Below, piece after piece: positions 17,254 through 28,359 of a stretch of DNA of 40,781 nucleotides. Numbering within the stretch: the first letter of the stretch is position 1; every line of letters begins with the position of its first letter. This DNA is from a virus, in UHGV virus genome UHGV-0177491; one strand, 5' to 3'. The position numbers and the translations under genes are program-made. Under the pieces are notes generated by a model. That model did not search any database, was not told the DNA's origin, and saw only the letters and a program-made list of their open reading frames with translations.

Positions 17254-17954
17254 CAGTCAATAAGCCCATGCAATCTAAGTGCTGTTTCAAGCGCAAGAAT
17301 ACGCTGCCGCGCCTCCTCCAAACCTGTAGCGAGATCCGCGACTTCGGATTGTGTGTACGTAGTGCCGACAGTGTATGACTGGTTTGCGTCGAATGAGCCA
17401 AGAAGTGGCGTACCTGTGGCCGCAGTCCATCCGGTCTGCCTTGCTCCAACAACCTGAATTCCATCAACTGAATATGATGTTTTTACATCCAGCGGTGACG
17501 CAAGAGACTGCGATTCGGTTACAGTTTTCGATACGTAATCACTCTTAATGTCAGATACATCACTTTCTACGCCATCCAGTCTTTGGTCAACAGTGACCAG
17601 ATGCGCCTGAATATCGATAACCTCGTCAAGCAAGTAATCAACATCGCTACGCAGTACGACTATCTTCCCTTCGGCGGTTGTTAACCTGACCTCAAGGAGA
17701 TTTATCGCTTTTGTGTTTGCGGTGATTCTTGCGTCGTGATCTGCCAGATCAACGTCCTGTTTATCGTTTTTCACCTGAGCATCGTAAGCGCCCCGACCAG
17801 CCTCGTTGGCCTTGCTGGCAATTGCGCCGACATCAGCCCCCTGATTAATGACATACAGCAGGTAAGACTGCGAGAAGATATTGCGTGGAAGGATTGATGT
17901 GTCGAGCCGTGTAGCCTGAATGATTACCGGCTCATTGAGATTCGAATCAGCCAT
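17253..17954 (-). CDS. Tail needle protein (P22 gp26-like), 233 aa
   Basis: Colinear with P22 gp26 as recalled: MADxxLNxPVxIQATRLD...SYLLYVI...[24 protein letters not shown]...ALRxHGLID. Confidence 0.9.
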   Translation of the reverse strand: MADSNLNEPVIIQATRLDTSILPRNIFSQSYLLYVINQGADVGAIASKANEAGRGAYDAQVKNDKQDVDLADHDARITANTKAINLLEVRLTTAEGKIVVLRSDVDYLLDEVIDIQAHLVTVDQRLDGVESDVSDIKSDYVSKTVTESQSLASPLDVKTSYSVDGIQVVGARQTGWTAATGTPLLGSFDANQSYTVGTTYTQSEVADLATGLEEARQRILALETALRLHGLID

Positions 17955-19372
17955 TACTCAACCCTTATCTTGCAGCCTGACAGAGTTACAGGTGACTTCG
18001 TGATAACGCGCAATTTGAAGCCAATGTTTTTCCTGATGCGCCCGACTCGCTTCCACAAAACACGTTTGTCATAAACGAACGGTTCATTCTGCTCAATCAT
18101 CTGCTCACGCCCCCAGTTGATGCCGTCAGCGGTTGCAGAGATGAACAGGCGGTCAGCGTACTGAGCGACACCAGTCGATGATTCAACTTCCAGATCAAAA
18201 CATCTGCCGTTATCCGCTTTGATGAGTGGTGTAAACAACTGGTGTTCTTGCTGTAGCCCATACTGGCTGCTGGTATCGAACTGCAATTTGCCAGTAACCG
18301 ATTCCAGCTTATCGCCGCACGTTATCTGATTGCCTTCATAAATGAAGTCGATAGCGCGGTACACATCGTCATACAGGCCTGTTTTCAACACACACCATTG
18401 TGGGCCATTGGCGCTTGAAGATGCGTCGTATACGAGGACATGGCGCGGAAGATGGATAATCAGCAACTCATGAGCATCAAATCGCAGCGATTCCATCACA
18501 CCATCAGCCAGTTCATCAGCAGTGTAGGAACGAAGGATTTTCTCAATGCTCGCGCTGGCGATTGGTGATACCTGACCGGAGCCGATGATGTATACAGACG
18601 GAGCACCTGTTGCCGGATTGCTGATAAACGCATAGGAATCAGCAAACGGCGTTTTGCAGTAAGTTCCGGCAATGCCTTTCTGCACCATCAGTGATGGCTG
18701 TGCGACATACAAAGCGGCACCAACGGTGGTTGCGCCCGTCAGGGAGAAATATTCAATAGTCGATGAACCAAAGCAGACGATGAAGTCTCGCCATGTCCCG
18801 ATACCGATGATGCCGTCCGGCTGAGACTCGGCACGATATTGTGCGCTGTAACGGTCAGGATGCGATTCGTCTTCAAGGTCAGTGATAAACCATGAATCAG
18901 TGCCGTCTTTTGACCACGCATAACGCCCACGTAAGCGCGTAATGTCACGAACAGAACCTAACTCATACTGCGTGAATCCGCTGTATGTAGGCCAGTTTGA
19001 GACGGTTTTAACCGTGCCATCATAGCGATACTCGACCAGTTGACCATTAACGCCTACAGCCTGAGATGTCCGACCATGCGCCATTGATACACGACCACTT
19101 CCGGCAACATCGCCGACTTCGCTTTCGCCTTTGTAGAGTTTTCCGCCACACACGCGATAAACAGCATTCTGCGCCATGTTGTACTCGACGCCGCGAGATA
19201 CACCGTTCACATCAGAGCGTTTGGCAATGCCCGGGAATGAGCGAAGATATCCGCTGCTGTTGAGTATTTCTTTGGGTGTAGCCAACATATTCGCTGGCAG
19301 ATAGTCGATATAGTCGGCGTTTCTGAAATCTTTGCCGACACCTTTCATAAGCGGAAGTTGCTGAATCGGCAT
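17954..19372 (-). CDS. Tail hub/accessory protein (P22 gp10-like), 472 aa
   Basis: Same length as P22 gp10 and same gene order. Confidence 0.75.
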   Translation of the reverse strand: MPIQQLPLMKGVGKDFRNADYIDYLPANMLATPKEILNSSGYLRSFPGIAKRSDVNGVSRGVEYNMAQNAVYRVCGGKLYKGESEVGDVAGSGRVSMAHGRTSQAVGVNGQLVEYRYDGTVKTVSNWPTYSGFTQYELGSVRDITRLRGRYAWSKDGTDSWFITDLEDESHPDRYSAQYRAESQPDGIIGIGTWRDFIVCFGSSTIEYFSLTGATTVGAALYVAQPSLMVQKGIAGTYCKTPFADSYAFISNPATGAPSVYIIGSGQVSPIASASIEKILRSYTADELADGVMESLRFDAHELLIIHLPRHVLVYDASSSANGPQWCVLKTGLYDDVYRAIDFIYEGNQITCGDKLESVTGKLQFDTSSQYGLQQEHQLFTPLIKADNGRCFDLEVESSTGVAQYADRLFISATADGINWGREQMIEQNEPFVYDKRVLWKRVGRIRKNIGFKLRVITKSPVTLSGCKIRVE

Positions 19373-19381
19373 TTATTCACC

Positions 19382-19843
19382 TCACGTACTCGGATCATCT
19401 TTCTCGATGTAAAACCGATTCCACGTAAACGCGCTTTTTAACCCCGCCCCGCGAGGCATGTCATTTCGCCGCTCAAGTGGTGGTATTTTGGTTAAAGCGA
19501 TACAGATTGTCTGATATGCACTGTCAGCAGCGGTAAGGAGAGCGTCTGACGGCTGAATGACGTTATCCATGCACACTTGCACAGCGAGTTTCAAAGCGAC
19601 GCCATCATTTGCCCATGCTGGGATGCCTGAATCATCGTCAGGTAACGGCATGATGCCGTTTTCTGTATCAGCAAACTGATATCCAAGCTCGATACCTTTC
19701 GCCTGCCATGCTGCCATCATGTCTTCGAGGTCATTAATGGCATCTTCAATTGCCTGAGGGTCGGCATCTGTCAACGTGGCATTGGAATACAGCCCGGCTT
19801 TTCGTAAAGCCTTAAGAACGAGATCACCCTTCGTTTTTGCCAT
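19382..19843 (-). CDS. Tail adaptor/head completion protein (P22 gp4-like)
   Basis: N-terminus MAKTKGDLVLKALRKAGL resembles P22 gp4; position after coat. Confidence 0.7.
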   Translation of the reverse strand: MAKTKGDLVLKALRKAGLYSNATLTDADPQAIEDAINDLEDMMAAWQAKGIELGYQFADTENGIMPLPDDDSGIPAWANDGVALKLAVQVCMDNVIQPSDALLTAADSAYQTICIALTKIPPLERRNDMPRGAGLKSAFTWNRFYIEKDDPST

Positions 19844-20012
19844 CTTCTTCCGCCTTAGCCACTTTTTGCTTCGTTGCGGTTTCTTCAGGAGTTTTTACCC
19901 AACCTTTTTTCAGGTGAGATTTAACTTCTTCGTCATCAACAATGATGTAATCGACAGCAAACTGACCACAGGTGATCATGTTGCCAGGCTTATAGAGCAT
20001 TGTTCGTGCCAT
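19824..20012 (-). CDS. Hypothetical small protein between coat and gp4
   Basis: ATG at 20012 preceded by GGGAGAAG; track ORF extends to 20051. Confidence 0.4.
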   Translation of the reverse strand: MARTMLYKPGNMITCGQFAVDYIIVDDEEVKSHLKKGWVKTPEETATKQKVAKAEEDGKNEG

Positions 20013-20053
20013 TGTCTTCTCCCAATAAAAATGGGGCCGAAGCCCCACCAAAA

Positions 20054-21313
20054 TTACTGCCCGGCAATAACGATGCCCGTATATTCAGGAACAAGTACAG
20101 AGCAACCGTACAGAGTGGTGAAACGAGCAGTGGTTACGCCTTTGATGTGGTCGAAGGCATAAGACATGATCAGCGTAGCGCCCTGCTCGGTGGTTGCTGT
20201 CATTACCTGTGGACCCTGACCTGTCGGGAATGCCAGTTTGCCGTACATCAGCTCAACAGAACCATCAGCCCAGAACAGGTTAGCAGGTGCTGCGTTCTTG
20301 TTGAGAATGGTGATTGCTGCAGTTTCTGCCGGCTTGGCATCGACGTTTGCATATGGACGGCTCGCAACATCGGCATTTCCAACAGGGAGAATCTTTGGAG
20401 AGATTGTTACGGTGGTTCCTGCTGTGTCTACTGCCAGAACGCGGAATACCTGCGGCTGCCCGGTGGTATCTTTGGTGATCTGGTGTACGGAATTCACACC
20501 TGCGATGGTAAACGCATCGCCAACCTGCAAGCCTTTAGCAGATACCGTAATGGTCCCCTGTCGGTTATCAACAGGCATGCCATTTGAATCTTTCGCTTCA
20601 ACCTTGTGTTCAGGTTGATTTGATACTGTCAAGGTTTCAGTGCTTCCTGCCGGTAATCGACCGGAAATATCGGTCTTGTAGCTATCAAAGGAAGCAACCG
20701 GAGGGATCTGCGCTTTTTCGTATGCTGTCAGGGTTGCGCCCTGAGCGTAGGCACGGTGACCAAGCTCGCCAGCAAGGTCTTTGTAGTTGAATGGGTTCCA
20801 GAAAGAGCGACGGTTGATACCCTGAGGTACACCAATCGCCGTCATGGTGGCATCAATATCTGCCGCACCATTCCACAAGGCAAGGCCCCGTGAGCCAGCT
20901 GCTGAGTCAGGAACTGTGATCACGTTAGTAGCACGCTGCGTGACCATGGAAATCAGGTCAGAGTCAATCTGTGCAGCAAGGCGCATACCTGCGGCGCGAC
21001 CAGCTTCAGTTTTATGCTCAGGGTCACGCATTTCACGCGCATCCAGAGTGTACAGAATGTTTTTCGGCTCCTTGAACACAGAAGGAACAAGGCGCTGAAC
21101 CAGTGCTGTTGGCGTTTTGTTGGTGAGATCCAAGCCCTCCTCAATGTTCATGTGGTAATGCTGCGGACGATACAGAACATCACCTGCTCGCTGCATTGCC
21201 GTATCACCGGGACGGAATTTTTTAGCGTTACGGGAAACTACGCAGGCGGCCTCAAAGCCTTCAACGTAGTTTTCGAACATGATTTCAAGGTCTTTTGCTA
21301 ATTGGTTAGGCAT
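20054..21313 (-). CDS. Major coat protein (P22 gp5-like)
   Basis: 419 aa; shares motifs with P22 coat (GTITVSAKGLQVGDAFTIAGV, NLFWADGSV). Confidence 0.8.
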   Translation of the reverse strand: MPNQLAKDLEIMFENYVEGFEAACVVSRNAKKFRPGDTAMQRAGDVLYRPQHYHMNIEEGLDLTNKTPTALVQRLVPSVFKEPKNILYTLDAREMRDPEHKTEAGRAAGMRLAAQIDSDLISMVTQRATNVITVPDSAAGSRGLALWNGAADIDATMTAIGVPQGINRRSFWNPFNYKDLAGELGHRAYAQGATLTAYEKAQIPPVASFDSYKTDISGRLPAGSTETLTVSNQPEHKVEAKDSNGMPVDNRQGTITVSAKGLQVGDAFTIAGVNSVHQITKDTTGQPQVFRVLAVDTAGTTVTISPKILPVGNADVASRPYANVDAKPAETAAITILNKNAAPANLFWADGSVELMYGKLAFPTGQGPQVMTATTEQGATLIMSYAFDHIKGVTTARFTTLYGCSVLVPEYTGIVIAGQ

Positions 21314-21331
21314 GCTTAATGCTCCGATAGG

Positions 21332-22225
21332 TTATTTTTTTGCCTTTTTAGCGGCGAAATACGGCGTCCAGTCGCCAGTTTCCAGCGCCTTGGCTTTCAG
21401 TTTGTCGAGGTTATTGATTACTGCGCCGTTGCTCCCCTTAACTGTCGGGGTTGTGGCTGCCGTGGTTTTTGCTTTTGGCATGATTCTGGCCTTCGATTCG
21501 ATACGTTCCAGCAGACGACCAATTGCTACGGGGTTGGTAGCTTCTGCCAGTTGCTTGCGCAGTTCAGCGTTGCGACCAAGCGCCAGAACAACGATTTCCG
21601 GCTTCTCTGACTCAAACAGGATCGCGTTTTGTGTCTCGATGGGGATTTCCTCGAGTACGGCCTGCTCAGCTTCCTGATAGCCAGGAACTTTGAGAGCCTT
21701 AACACGTTGCTGATATTTGGATAATCGCTCTTGATAGGCAGCCTGAAGCTCCTGCTCCTTCTGCTTGCGAGCCATCTCCTGTTGCTGGTACTTGCCGTTA
21801 TCCTCTGCCCACTTAGCCATGCGTTGCTGGTAGATTTCTTCATCGAAACCGATGTCCTCATCATCCAGTTTTGGCATTCGCGGTGGTTGAGTGATTACTG
21901 GCTGCTGCTCGACGGGTTTCTGAGACTGACGCATCAGCTCTTTCAGCTCACGGTCTTTCTCTTTAATCGTCTTGCGCAGGTGTTTTACCAGTCCATGCTC
22001 TGCGCTATCTTCGCTGGTTGGCGAATCCAGCTTTTCGTCACCAAAGTAGAATTCCTGTTCTGATTCGTCGTCATCAGTTTCAGTAGCCTCCTCTGCATCA
22101 TTGCCTGAGGACTCACTGCCATCTTCTGTTTCGACTTTTTCAGCCAGTTCGACATCATCAGGAATCTGCTCTGACGCGTCGGTTTCGATTTCAACTTCTG
22201 GTGTGTTTTCTGCCATCTGGTCCAT
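21332..22225 (-). CDS. Scaffolding protein
   Basis: 297 aa, highly acidic N-terminus, coiled-coil body, basic C-terminus; position between portal and coat. Confidence 0.75.
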   Translation of the reverse strand: MDQMAENTPEVEIETDASEQIPDDVELAEKVETEDGSESSGNDAEEATETDDDESEQEFYFGDEKLDSPTSEDSAEHGLVKHLRKTIKEKDRELKELMRQSQKPVEQQPVITQPPRMPKLDDEDIGFDEEIYQQRMAKWAEDNGKYQQQEMARKQKEQELQAAYQERLSKYQQRVKALKVPGYQEAEQAVLEEIPIETQNAILFESEKPEIVVLALGRNAELRKQLAEATNPVAIGRLLERIESKARIMPKAKTTAATTPTVKGSNGAVINNLDKLKAKALETGDWTPYFAAKKAKK

Positions 22226-22315
22226 TTGTTACCCCTGTTTACTCGATGTTCAGCCCATCGGAAGGCAATAGGGTGCCAGGCCTCATAAAGACAGCCATTG
22301 CACGTTATGGGTTAA

Positions 22316-24514
22316 TTACTGCTGTGGTTGTTGCTGAGTTGATTTTTGCAGGATGCTGCTGATGTCCATGCGCTGCGCATGACCCTGTGCCTGACTTTTC
22401 AGGACAAGCTCTGCATCAGCACGGGCATTGTCTCCTTGCTGTTGCTGGAACTGTCCGAGCAGTTTCAGAGCCTCGCGGATATCAGATTTCTGCTGACTAT
22501 CGGCAGATGCGAGTATTTTCACAACATTTGCCGCTGCAACCTGAGCATCAGTCTGTGCCTGGAATGCTTTAACCTGAATGGCTGCCTGTTCGTTCTGCGC
22601 TTTCTGCAATTCAGCCTGACCAGCAAGAAGCTGACCTTGCGCAGCAACCATAGCCGGATCTGGCTGACTGGCCTGTTGTTGTTTCGCCTGCTCAACCATC
22701 TGCTGTTCTTCTGGCGTTCTCGGCTTGATAACTCCAGACAGAAGCAACTGATTGCGGTTGTATTCTTTAAGGTCGTCCATCCCTTCGCCGTCCATATTGT
22801 CGAGGATCATCGACGATACAAGGTCGTGTTTCGGCGTTCCTGGTGGGATAAGTGCCAGCATGGAAAGTAACGACTTAACCGTTGCATCACGGCGAGTAGC
22901 GAACGACTGACCGACATCGACAGTCACTTCATAGTTGCCCTGCGAAAGGTCATTAAGCGCGATAACCTGCCCTGTCTGACGGTCAACCACTTCACCAGTC
23001 ATCAACGCCACGTCATCGCTGCCGTCCTCATTAACGATACGCATCGGCGTATCACTGCCATAGACCTCACGCGCCATAGAAAGCCACACAACGCCAGCGC
23101 GACGCATGGATTTAGCCATGTTGTCCATGTAGATATAGGACTGCGTGTCCATCCGGTTAAAGATGCTATCAACGGTATCGGTGGCGACGTTGCTCGGCAT
23201 GTTCTCAAGCTGCGACGCACCTGTAATTTGCTGAATAGCCGTTCCGGTGTACTGCAATAGCCCGGCAAGAGCAGGAGGCATTTGTGTCGGAGGTGTATAA
23301 CTGCTGACCTGAGCCTGCGCAGTAATATCTCCGTTTTTGTTTTTCAGACTGACCATCGGCAGGAACGCCGGGCGCTTTTTGTTGCGCTCCGCCCAATGAG
23401 TGGCAAGAGGACCAGGAATCATGTCAACATCAACTACAGGAATGCCATCACCGCCAGCCTGAGTAGCGTTATCTGCAATCATGGAAACCATCAGGTTCTC
23501 AAGACGCTGTGCATCCATCGCTTTTGCTGCGTGGCCTTCGATTCGCTCCTGATTATCAACAAATGAACGACGCCCATATACCGGGATGAGAGGAATATGT
23601 TCGCCCGGAATGCGCTTCGGTTCTTCCAGCCATTCAGCGCCAGACAGAAGACCGCAATAAACGCGGCGTTTCTTCACCGTTCGCTCACCGATCAGTTCGA
23701 ATGCACCATCGGTTAGCTCGTCGACAATATCTTTGATTTGCTCTTCATCATAGATTGCCGTTTCTCCGCTAACAGGGTTGCGCCACGCCGTGAGCTTCAC
23801 CTTCTCTATGCGGGCTTCATAGTAGCGACCAACATAGATAGCATCAGGAGTTGACCAGTCATATTGAGTGCCAGTGTCATCACGAGAAAGGCTTGCAGCG
23901 ATGGAATCAGGGTATTCAGCTTCGAACGCTTCAGGCGTCATGGAGAACATTTCCATAGCCCACATAGCATCAGAGCGGTCATATTGCTTGCTGTCCTGAT
24001 CGAAGAAGACGCATGTCGCTGGGTCGTAAACAGGAAGAAGGCTGATGCGTCGCTGCTCGTTACTCGGATCCATTTCATCTTCGTAATCGGCACACATGCG
24101 GAAACAACCGAATCCGCCCGTTACAGCATCATCAAATGCGTTATCACACGCTTCACCACCGGATGTTTCCTGATAGTCAGCGCGGAATTTGCCGTTCATC
24201 TTTTCGGCTAACGCTTCCGATGCCTTGTCGTCCTTCGGCCTGAATTTAACGCTGATGCGATTCTGTCGATACTCGCCAATGATGCGATCACATTCACGGG
24301 CAATCTTATTCAGTTCAAAGCGCGGGTAATGCTCAAACCTGCCTTCATCAAATGAGTAACCAGCGTTTGTGCTGCCTTCCCACTGTGCGCCGGATACCCG
24401 GACGAAACGTTGAGCCTCAATAATCTGCTCACGCATATCCTGCGTTGCTGACCAGGCATTATCAAAGTTGCACAGCACCTTGCGATGCCAGTCAGTCATC
24501 TTTTTTTCTGCCAT
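22316..24514 (-). CDS. Portal protein (P22 gp1-like)
   Basis: 732 aa; position after large terminase; Gln-rich C-terminal coiled-coil like the P22 portal barrel. Confidence 0.85.
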   Translation of the reverse strand: MAEKKMTDWHRKVLCNFDNAWSATQDMREQIIEAQRFVRVSGAQWEGSTNAGYSFDEGRFEHYPRFELNKIARECDRIIGEYRQNRISVKFRPKDDKASEALAEKMNGKFRADYQETSGGEACDNAFDDAVTGGFGCFRMCADYEDEMDPSNEQRRISLLPVYDPATCVFFDQDSKQYDRSDAMWAMEMFSMTPEAFEAEYPDSIAASLSRDDTGTQYDWSTPDAIYVGRYYEARIEKVKLTAWRNPVSGETAIYDEEQIKDIVDELTDGAFELIGERTVKKRRVYCGLLSGAEWLEEPKRIPGEHIPLIPVYGRRSFVDNQERIEGHAAKAMDAQRLENLMVSMIADNATQAGGDGIPVVDVDMIPGPLATHWAERNKKRPAFLPMVSLKNKNGDITAQAQVSSYTPPTQMPPALAGLLQYTGTAIQQITGASQLENMPSNVATDTVDSIFNRMDTQSYIYMDNMAKSMRRAGVVWLSMAREVYGSDTPMRIVNEDGSDDVALMTGEVVDRQTGQVIALNDLSQGNYEVTVDVGQSFATRRDATVKSLLSMLALIPPGTPKHDLVSSMILDNMDGEGMDDLKEYNRNQLLLSGVIKPRTPEEQQMVEQAKQQQASQPDPAMVAAQGQLLAGQAELQKAQNEQAAIQVKAFQAQTDAQVAAANVVKILASADSQQKSDIREALKLLGQFQQQQGDNARADAELVLKSQAQGHAQRMDISSILQKSTQQQPQQ

Positions 24515-24515
24515 A

Positions 24516-25931
24516 TCAACCTACACCACAAGGAATTGAGTAACTGGAATAGTCGGGTTGCGCAGCCGACTCCGGGCAATGCATACACATCATCAGCGCA
24601 TCAGCCAGGTTAGGAGATGGAATACCGAGCTTCTGCTTCATTTCGACCTTAGTCATTAGCTCCAGCTTCCCGTTGTTATTGAATTTGCGCTGAATCTGCG
24701 TCAGTTCTGCAAACAGCTTCTCCAGCATCTTCTCGCCTATCGCTTCTTTGTCGAAACTCAGCATGTCGTCGGGGTCTGCATACTCACCGTGGACAACCGC
24801 CCGATATGTCAGATACAGCCTGTCAGCCAGTGCGTAATAGAATTGCGCTCGCTTATTGCGGAACACATCGCCAATAGTGCGAACGTTGTCACCCTGTACG
24901 ACTTCATCAGCCCATGCTCCGGCCTGATACGGCGCATCTTCATCGAATGGCGATTCGCTGCCCTTGAACATCGTGGCGGTGATTTTCTTGCCGGAGAACG
25001 CTTCCGTTGTCTGTCTGCGTAGCCCGGCACCAACACCATCACCATCCCACAGGTAGTGGTCAGCGCCGTCTTCAATCGCCAGCGAAGTAGCCCAGTCAGC
25101 ACCATCGTTGATGTCCATCAGCAGACCTTCGGCAATGCGCTTAACTACCGAACCGTGACGCGATGCATAACCTTTAGCATCTGGCCCTGTATCTGATGGG
25201 TCATGCGCAGAGACAACAGCGCCTTTCGCTTTCCATCCGAGTTTCTTGTGCGCATCGGTTGCGGCTTCAAGCCATTCACGTTTGATGATTGCCATATCAC
25301 TTGCGCTTACTGGCTCACCAAGCCAGATGTGACGATACAGTGTCGGATTTCTGCGTTTACACTCTTCCATCTCCAGACGGAGAACTTCAGGAAAGTGCGG
25401 GTTGTCGGTGTAGTTCACCGTCAGCAGGCAAATATCATCGGGAGGATTTACGACGAACCGCTGATAGGTATCGTCGAGTATGTTTTTCGGGTTGAAGCTC
25501 ACCCATATTTCAGAAAACGGCTTGCGGATGGTTGGTATCAGGATGTCCCATGATTCCTTCGTTACCGCTTCCGCTTCTTCCACCCAGCAGATATCAATGC
25601 CTTCGAGAGATTTAATCTTCGTCGGGTTGTTTTTGATGCCGTAGAACATGAATTCAGCATTCGTTCCGAGATGACGAATCATTGAACGCTGAATTTCAAA
25701 CTCAGCCGAATATCCTTCACGCTCGATGGTATCTTCAAGCAACCGGATTACCGAATCGCTGATACTGTTTTGCAGTTCACGAGCGCAGAGAATACGCACA
25801 GGCTGCCGACGCGCCGCCTCAACAAGCAGCCTCGCAATTGCCCATGACTTACCGCTACCTCGACCGCCTTTGGCGACCTTGTAGCGATGCGCCTCAATGA
25901 ACGGTTCAAAGATAGGATTAATCGTGGTCAT
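24516..25931 (-). CDS. Terminase large subunit
   Basis: Walker A KGGRGSGKSWA near the N-terminus; 471 aa; overlaps the small-terminase stop. Confidence 0.9.
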   Translation of the reverse strand: MTTINPIFEPFIEAHRYKVAKGGRGSGKSWAIARLLVEAARRQPVRILCARELQNSISDSVIRLLEDTIEREGYSAEFEIQRSMIRHLGTNAEFMFYGIKNNPTKIKSLEGIDICWVEEAEAVTKESWDILIPTIRKPFSEIWVSFNPKNILDDTYQRFVVNPPDDICLLTVNYTDNPHFPEVLRLEMEECKRRNPTLYRHIWLGEPVSASDMAIIKREWLEAATDAHKKLGWKAKGAVVSAHDPSDTGPDAKGYASRHGSVVKRIAEGLLMDINDGADWATSLAIEDGADHYLWDGDGVGAGLRRQTTEAFSGKKITATMFKGSESPFDEDAPYQAGAWADEVVQGDNVRTIGDVFRNKRAQFYYALADRLYLTYRAVVHGEYADPDDMLSFDKEAIGEKMLEKLFAELTQIQRKFNNNGKLELMTKVEMKQKLGIPSPNLADALMMCMHCPESAAQPDYSSYSIPCGVG

Positions 25932-26350
25932 TTTCCGAATAGAGTGCTCATCGGTGATGTTTCAATCTGGATTGCGCCGCCGTCTTTGCCGACAAGCTCG
26001 TTAGTTACCTTGTCGCCATACTTACGGGGATTCATTCGGGCCAGCGCCCATTTGCGTGTATCAACGCGAAGTCTTGCCTTTGCCACCTCAGCAGCATCTG
26101 GAATCGCATTGTCAGCAATTTCGAATATCTCTTCGAAAATAGAGTCGGCCCGAGTCTCTGTTGCCTTCGCGTACTTGTCGCGGAAATCCTCATGCTTTGC
26201 CAACCAGCGGAAAACAGTGGACTTATCCGGCATACCAGGACGCTTACATACTTTCAGCAAACTTTCGCCAGAAGAAAGCAACGAGCAGATATCGTCAGCC
26301 ACCTCCGGCATATAATCAGAGGGGCGACCAGCTTTTGGTTCAGTCGCCAT
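25928..26350 (-). CDS. Terminase small subunit (Sf6 gp1-like)
   Basis: 140 aa; sequence recalled as very similar to Shigella phage Sf6 small terminase. Confidence 0.8.
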   Translation of the reverse strand: MATEPKAGRPSDYMPEVADDICSLLSSGESLLKVCKRPGMPDKSTVFRWLAKHEDFRDKYAKATETRADSIFEEIFEIADNAIPDAAEVAKARLRVDTRKWALARMNPRKYGDKVTNELVGKDGGAIQIETSPMSTLFGK

Positions 26351-26373
26351 ATTTATCTCACTTAATTGTCATT

Positions 26374-26553
26374 TCAGGTTGAGGACTCTTTCGCGCCTTC
26401 AATCAGTGACTGCTTCAGCAATTCGAGTGCGCCAATCGCCTCGCATAAACTGATTTCACCATCGTAATCATGGATGACGCTTTCAAGCCGCTCGTATAGC
26501 TCTTGAGTAATTGGGAATTTCTTCTCCTTACCAAGATCAACGACGCTTGTCAT
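26374..26553 (-). CDS. Hypothetical small protein (59 aa)
   Basis: ATG at 26553, stop at 26374-26376; lies between the upstream hypotheticals and the small terminase. Not in the ORF track. Confidence 0.3.
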   Translation of the reverse strand: MTSVVDLGKEKKFPITQELYERLESVIHDYDGEISLCEAIGALELLKQSLIEGAKESST

Positions 26554-26562
26554 AGAGGGTTC

Positions 26563-26850
26563 CTATAATTTTGAATATCCAGACTCAAATACCTCAGCAG
26601 GAGAATATGATTCATATCCATCCTCATAGACAACGTAATAGCCTCCAGACATTGGTCGGTGCTTACAGATATATTCCGCGCTAACATCAAATGCTGCGTA
26701 TTTCTTATCATCCGGATGAATAATTGCCCCATAACTAGAAGAGCCAGTCTTACCAGACTTATCTGGGTTTGGCTTATGTTCTATAGAGTCAATCTTCAGG
26801 GCGCGAACTTTTTTGTGGCACTGGTATCTCGGCATTTCTTGTTCAGTCAT
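26563..26850 (-). CDS. Hypothetical protein (95 aa)
   Basis: Track ORF in the operon upstream of terminase. Confidence 0.45.
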   Translation of the reverse strand: MTEQEMPRYQCHKKVRALKIDSIEHKPNPDKSGKTGSSSYGAIIHPDDKKYAAFDVSAEYICKHRPMSGGYYVVYEDGYESYSPAEVFESGYSKL

Positions 26851-26853
26851 CTC

Positions 26854-27096
26854 TTACTCTCCGGTAGTGAACAGGTCTAGCGCTTCCTTCGATTTACGTA
26901 CCGCTTCGATAGTGCGGGTCGTGATATCTGAATTAGCGCCGCCTGACTGGAAGTGAATTTTGAATAGCTCAAGCTTCAGCTCGTCAGTGCCAATGAACTG
27001 AAATGCTTCTTCTGCGGCTGCGTTCTGGTTCATGACCAGTTTGTAAATCTCTAACTGGAATTTCTGTTCTTCAGTCATGGGAATAATCTCTGCCAT
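26854..27096 (-). CDS. Hypothetical protein (80 aa)
   Basis: Track ORF; tightly spaced with its neighbours. Confidence 0.45.
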   Translation of the reverse strand: MAEIIPMTEEQKFQLEIYKLVMNQNAAAEEAFQFIGTDELKLELFKIHFQSGGANSDITTRTIEAVRKSKEALDLFTTGE

Positions 27097-27199
27097 TGTT
27101 GGCTCCGTTTATCCGTTAAAAGGGATATCAGTTAAGTTATCCCGTGTAGGGTATAAGCCATTATCAAAGCCACTCTGTAGGGAATGGCTTTTGTAATAA

Positions 27200-27556
27200 C
27201 TACTGTTCGCTTAACTTCTGCTTCAGCAAGTAACCTTCAAGCATCCAGATTTTGTTTACAGCATTCTGCCGGGCAATCTTCCGCCCAATTTCTGCATCAA
27301 AGTTTTCCGGGCTTGCACAGGCACTCTCTCCGGTGACGGTGAAGCCATTCTTCAGCACCAGTACGCAGAAAGTCAGGAGGTCTGTAGATTTATGCGCTGT
27401 CCATGAATCGCCAACGCCCATATTGGCAGCACGAATGCCGTCATAAGCAGTAAAGAAATGCTCTTCAAGAATGATGCTTTCGATATATTGAGGCGTAACT
27501 CGCGGTGCCGTTTTGCCTTTCTCAACGATTTCTTTTTCGATTTGCTGGTCGTTCAT
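27200..27556 (-). CDS. Hypothetical protein (118 aa)
   Basis: Track ORF between Rha and the terminase-proximal small genes. Confidence 0.5.
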   Translation of the reverse strand: MNDQQIEKEIVEKGKTAPRVTPQYIESIILEEHFFTAYDGIRAANMGVGDSWTAHKSTDLLTFCVLVLKNGFTVTGESACASPENFDAEIGRKIARQNAVNKIWMLEGYLLKQKLSEQ

Positions 27557-27840
27557 AATTATGACCCTGTGGAGTGGTTGCTTGATTAAGATGTCTTTCC
27601 ATCAGTCCGCCACCACAAAGAATCTTTTTTGCCATAAGGCAGGAGGTTCATCTTTCAGTGGCTGCCAGTGTTATTTCCCCACTTACTGGCTTGGGTTGTT
27701 TCGTGGTACTGCCGTTAACTGGTGGCGCACAGATTTAGTTAAATCCGTTCTCGCCTGAACTATCTTTTACATACCCGGATTGTGGGGATGTAAATCACGG
27801 TTTCATTATCAAGCCCACCAGTAGATGGGCTTTGGAATGG

Positions 27841-28359
27841 TCACTTTGGCAGTCCGGGGATCGATATTTGCGCCTGCTGCTCAAGCCTTTCGATTCTTGC
27901 TATGAGTTGCGGTTTTTTGATCCTGCCCCAGCGGTTCAGCAAGCGTCCTGACATACTGGCAACATCCTTTTCCTTCATGAACTCCAGCATTAACTCATTG
28001 TGCTCTCTTTGGTATGAGTGAGCCAACTCCATCAGCCTGTCACGCATCCAATTAAATGCTTTGATAAACGCCTCTTTGATGGCGGCAGCTTTTTTGCCGG
28101 TAAACGACATGATGATGTACATCGCGCCGTCTTTGGAAATTTCATATTCAACATACTGATTACCCTTGTGTTCATAGGTAACCCGCGAAAAGTTGCTGGT
28201 TAGAAATTCATCCGAACAGTCTAGCTTTTCGATTTTCTGAATGATGTGGTGATGCTGCTTGTCGAAGTAAGCTGCTACCTTGCGGGAGGTTGTGATCACG
28301 CGATTACCAGAAACAACCACCATGTCCCGGAAATCGAGATTAGCCAATTGATGATTCAT
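27841..28359 (-). CDS. rha: Rha-family phage regulatory protein
   Basis: N-terminal VITTSRKVAAYFDKQHHHIIQKIEKL motif typical of Rha; position after the lysis genes as in P22. ATG at 28359 (track begins at a GTG at 28395). Confidence 0.6.
   Translation of the reverse strand: MNHQLANLDFRDMVVVSGNRVITTSRKVAAYFDKQHHHIIQKIEKLDCSDEFLTSNFSRVTYEHKGNQYVEYEISKDGAMYIIMSFTGKKAAAIKEAFIKAFNWMRDRLMELAHSYQREHNELMLEFMKEKDVASMSGRLLNRWGRIKKPQLIARIERLEQQAQISIPGLPK

Noticed and set aside
16933-17457. 174-aa plus-strand ORF
   Set aside because: Antisense to the gp14-like and tail-needle genes, which have strong homology support. No ribosome-binding site noted.
22346-22870. 174-aa plus-strand ORF
   Set aside because: Antisense inside the portal gene; low-complexity translation.
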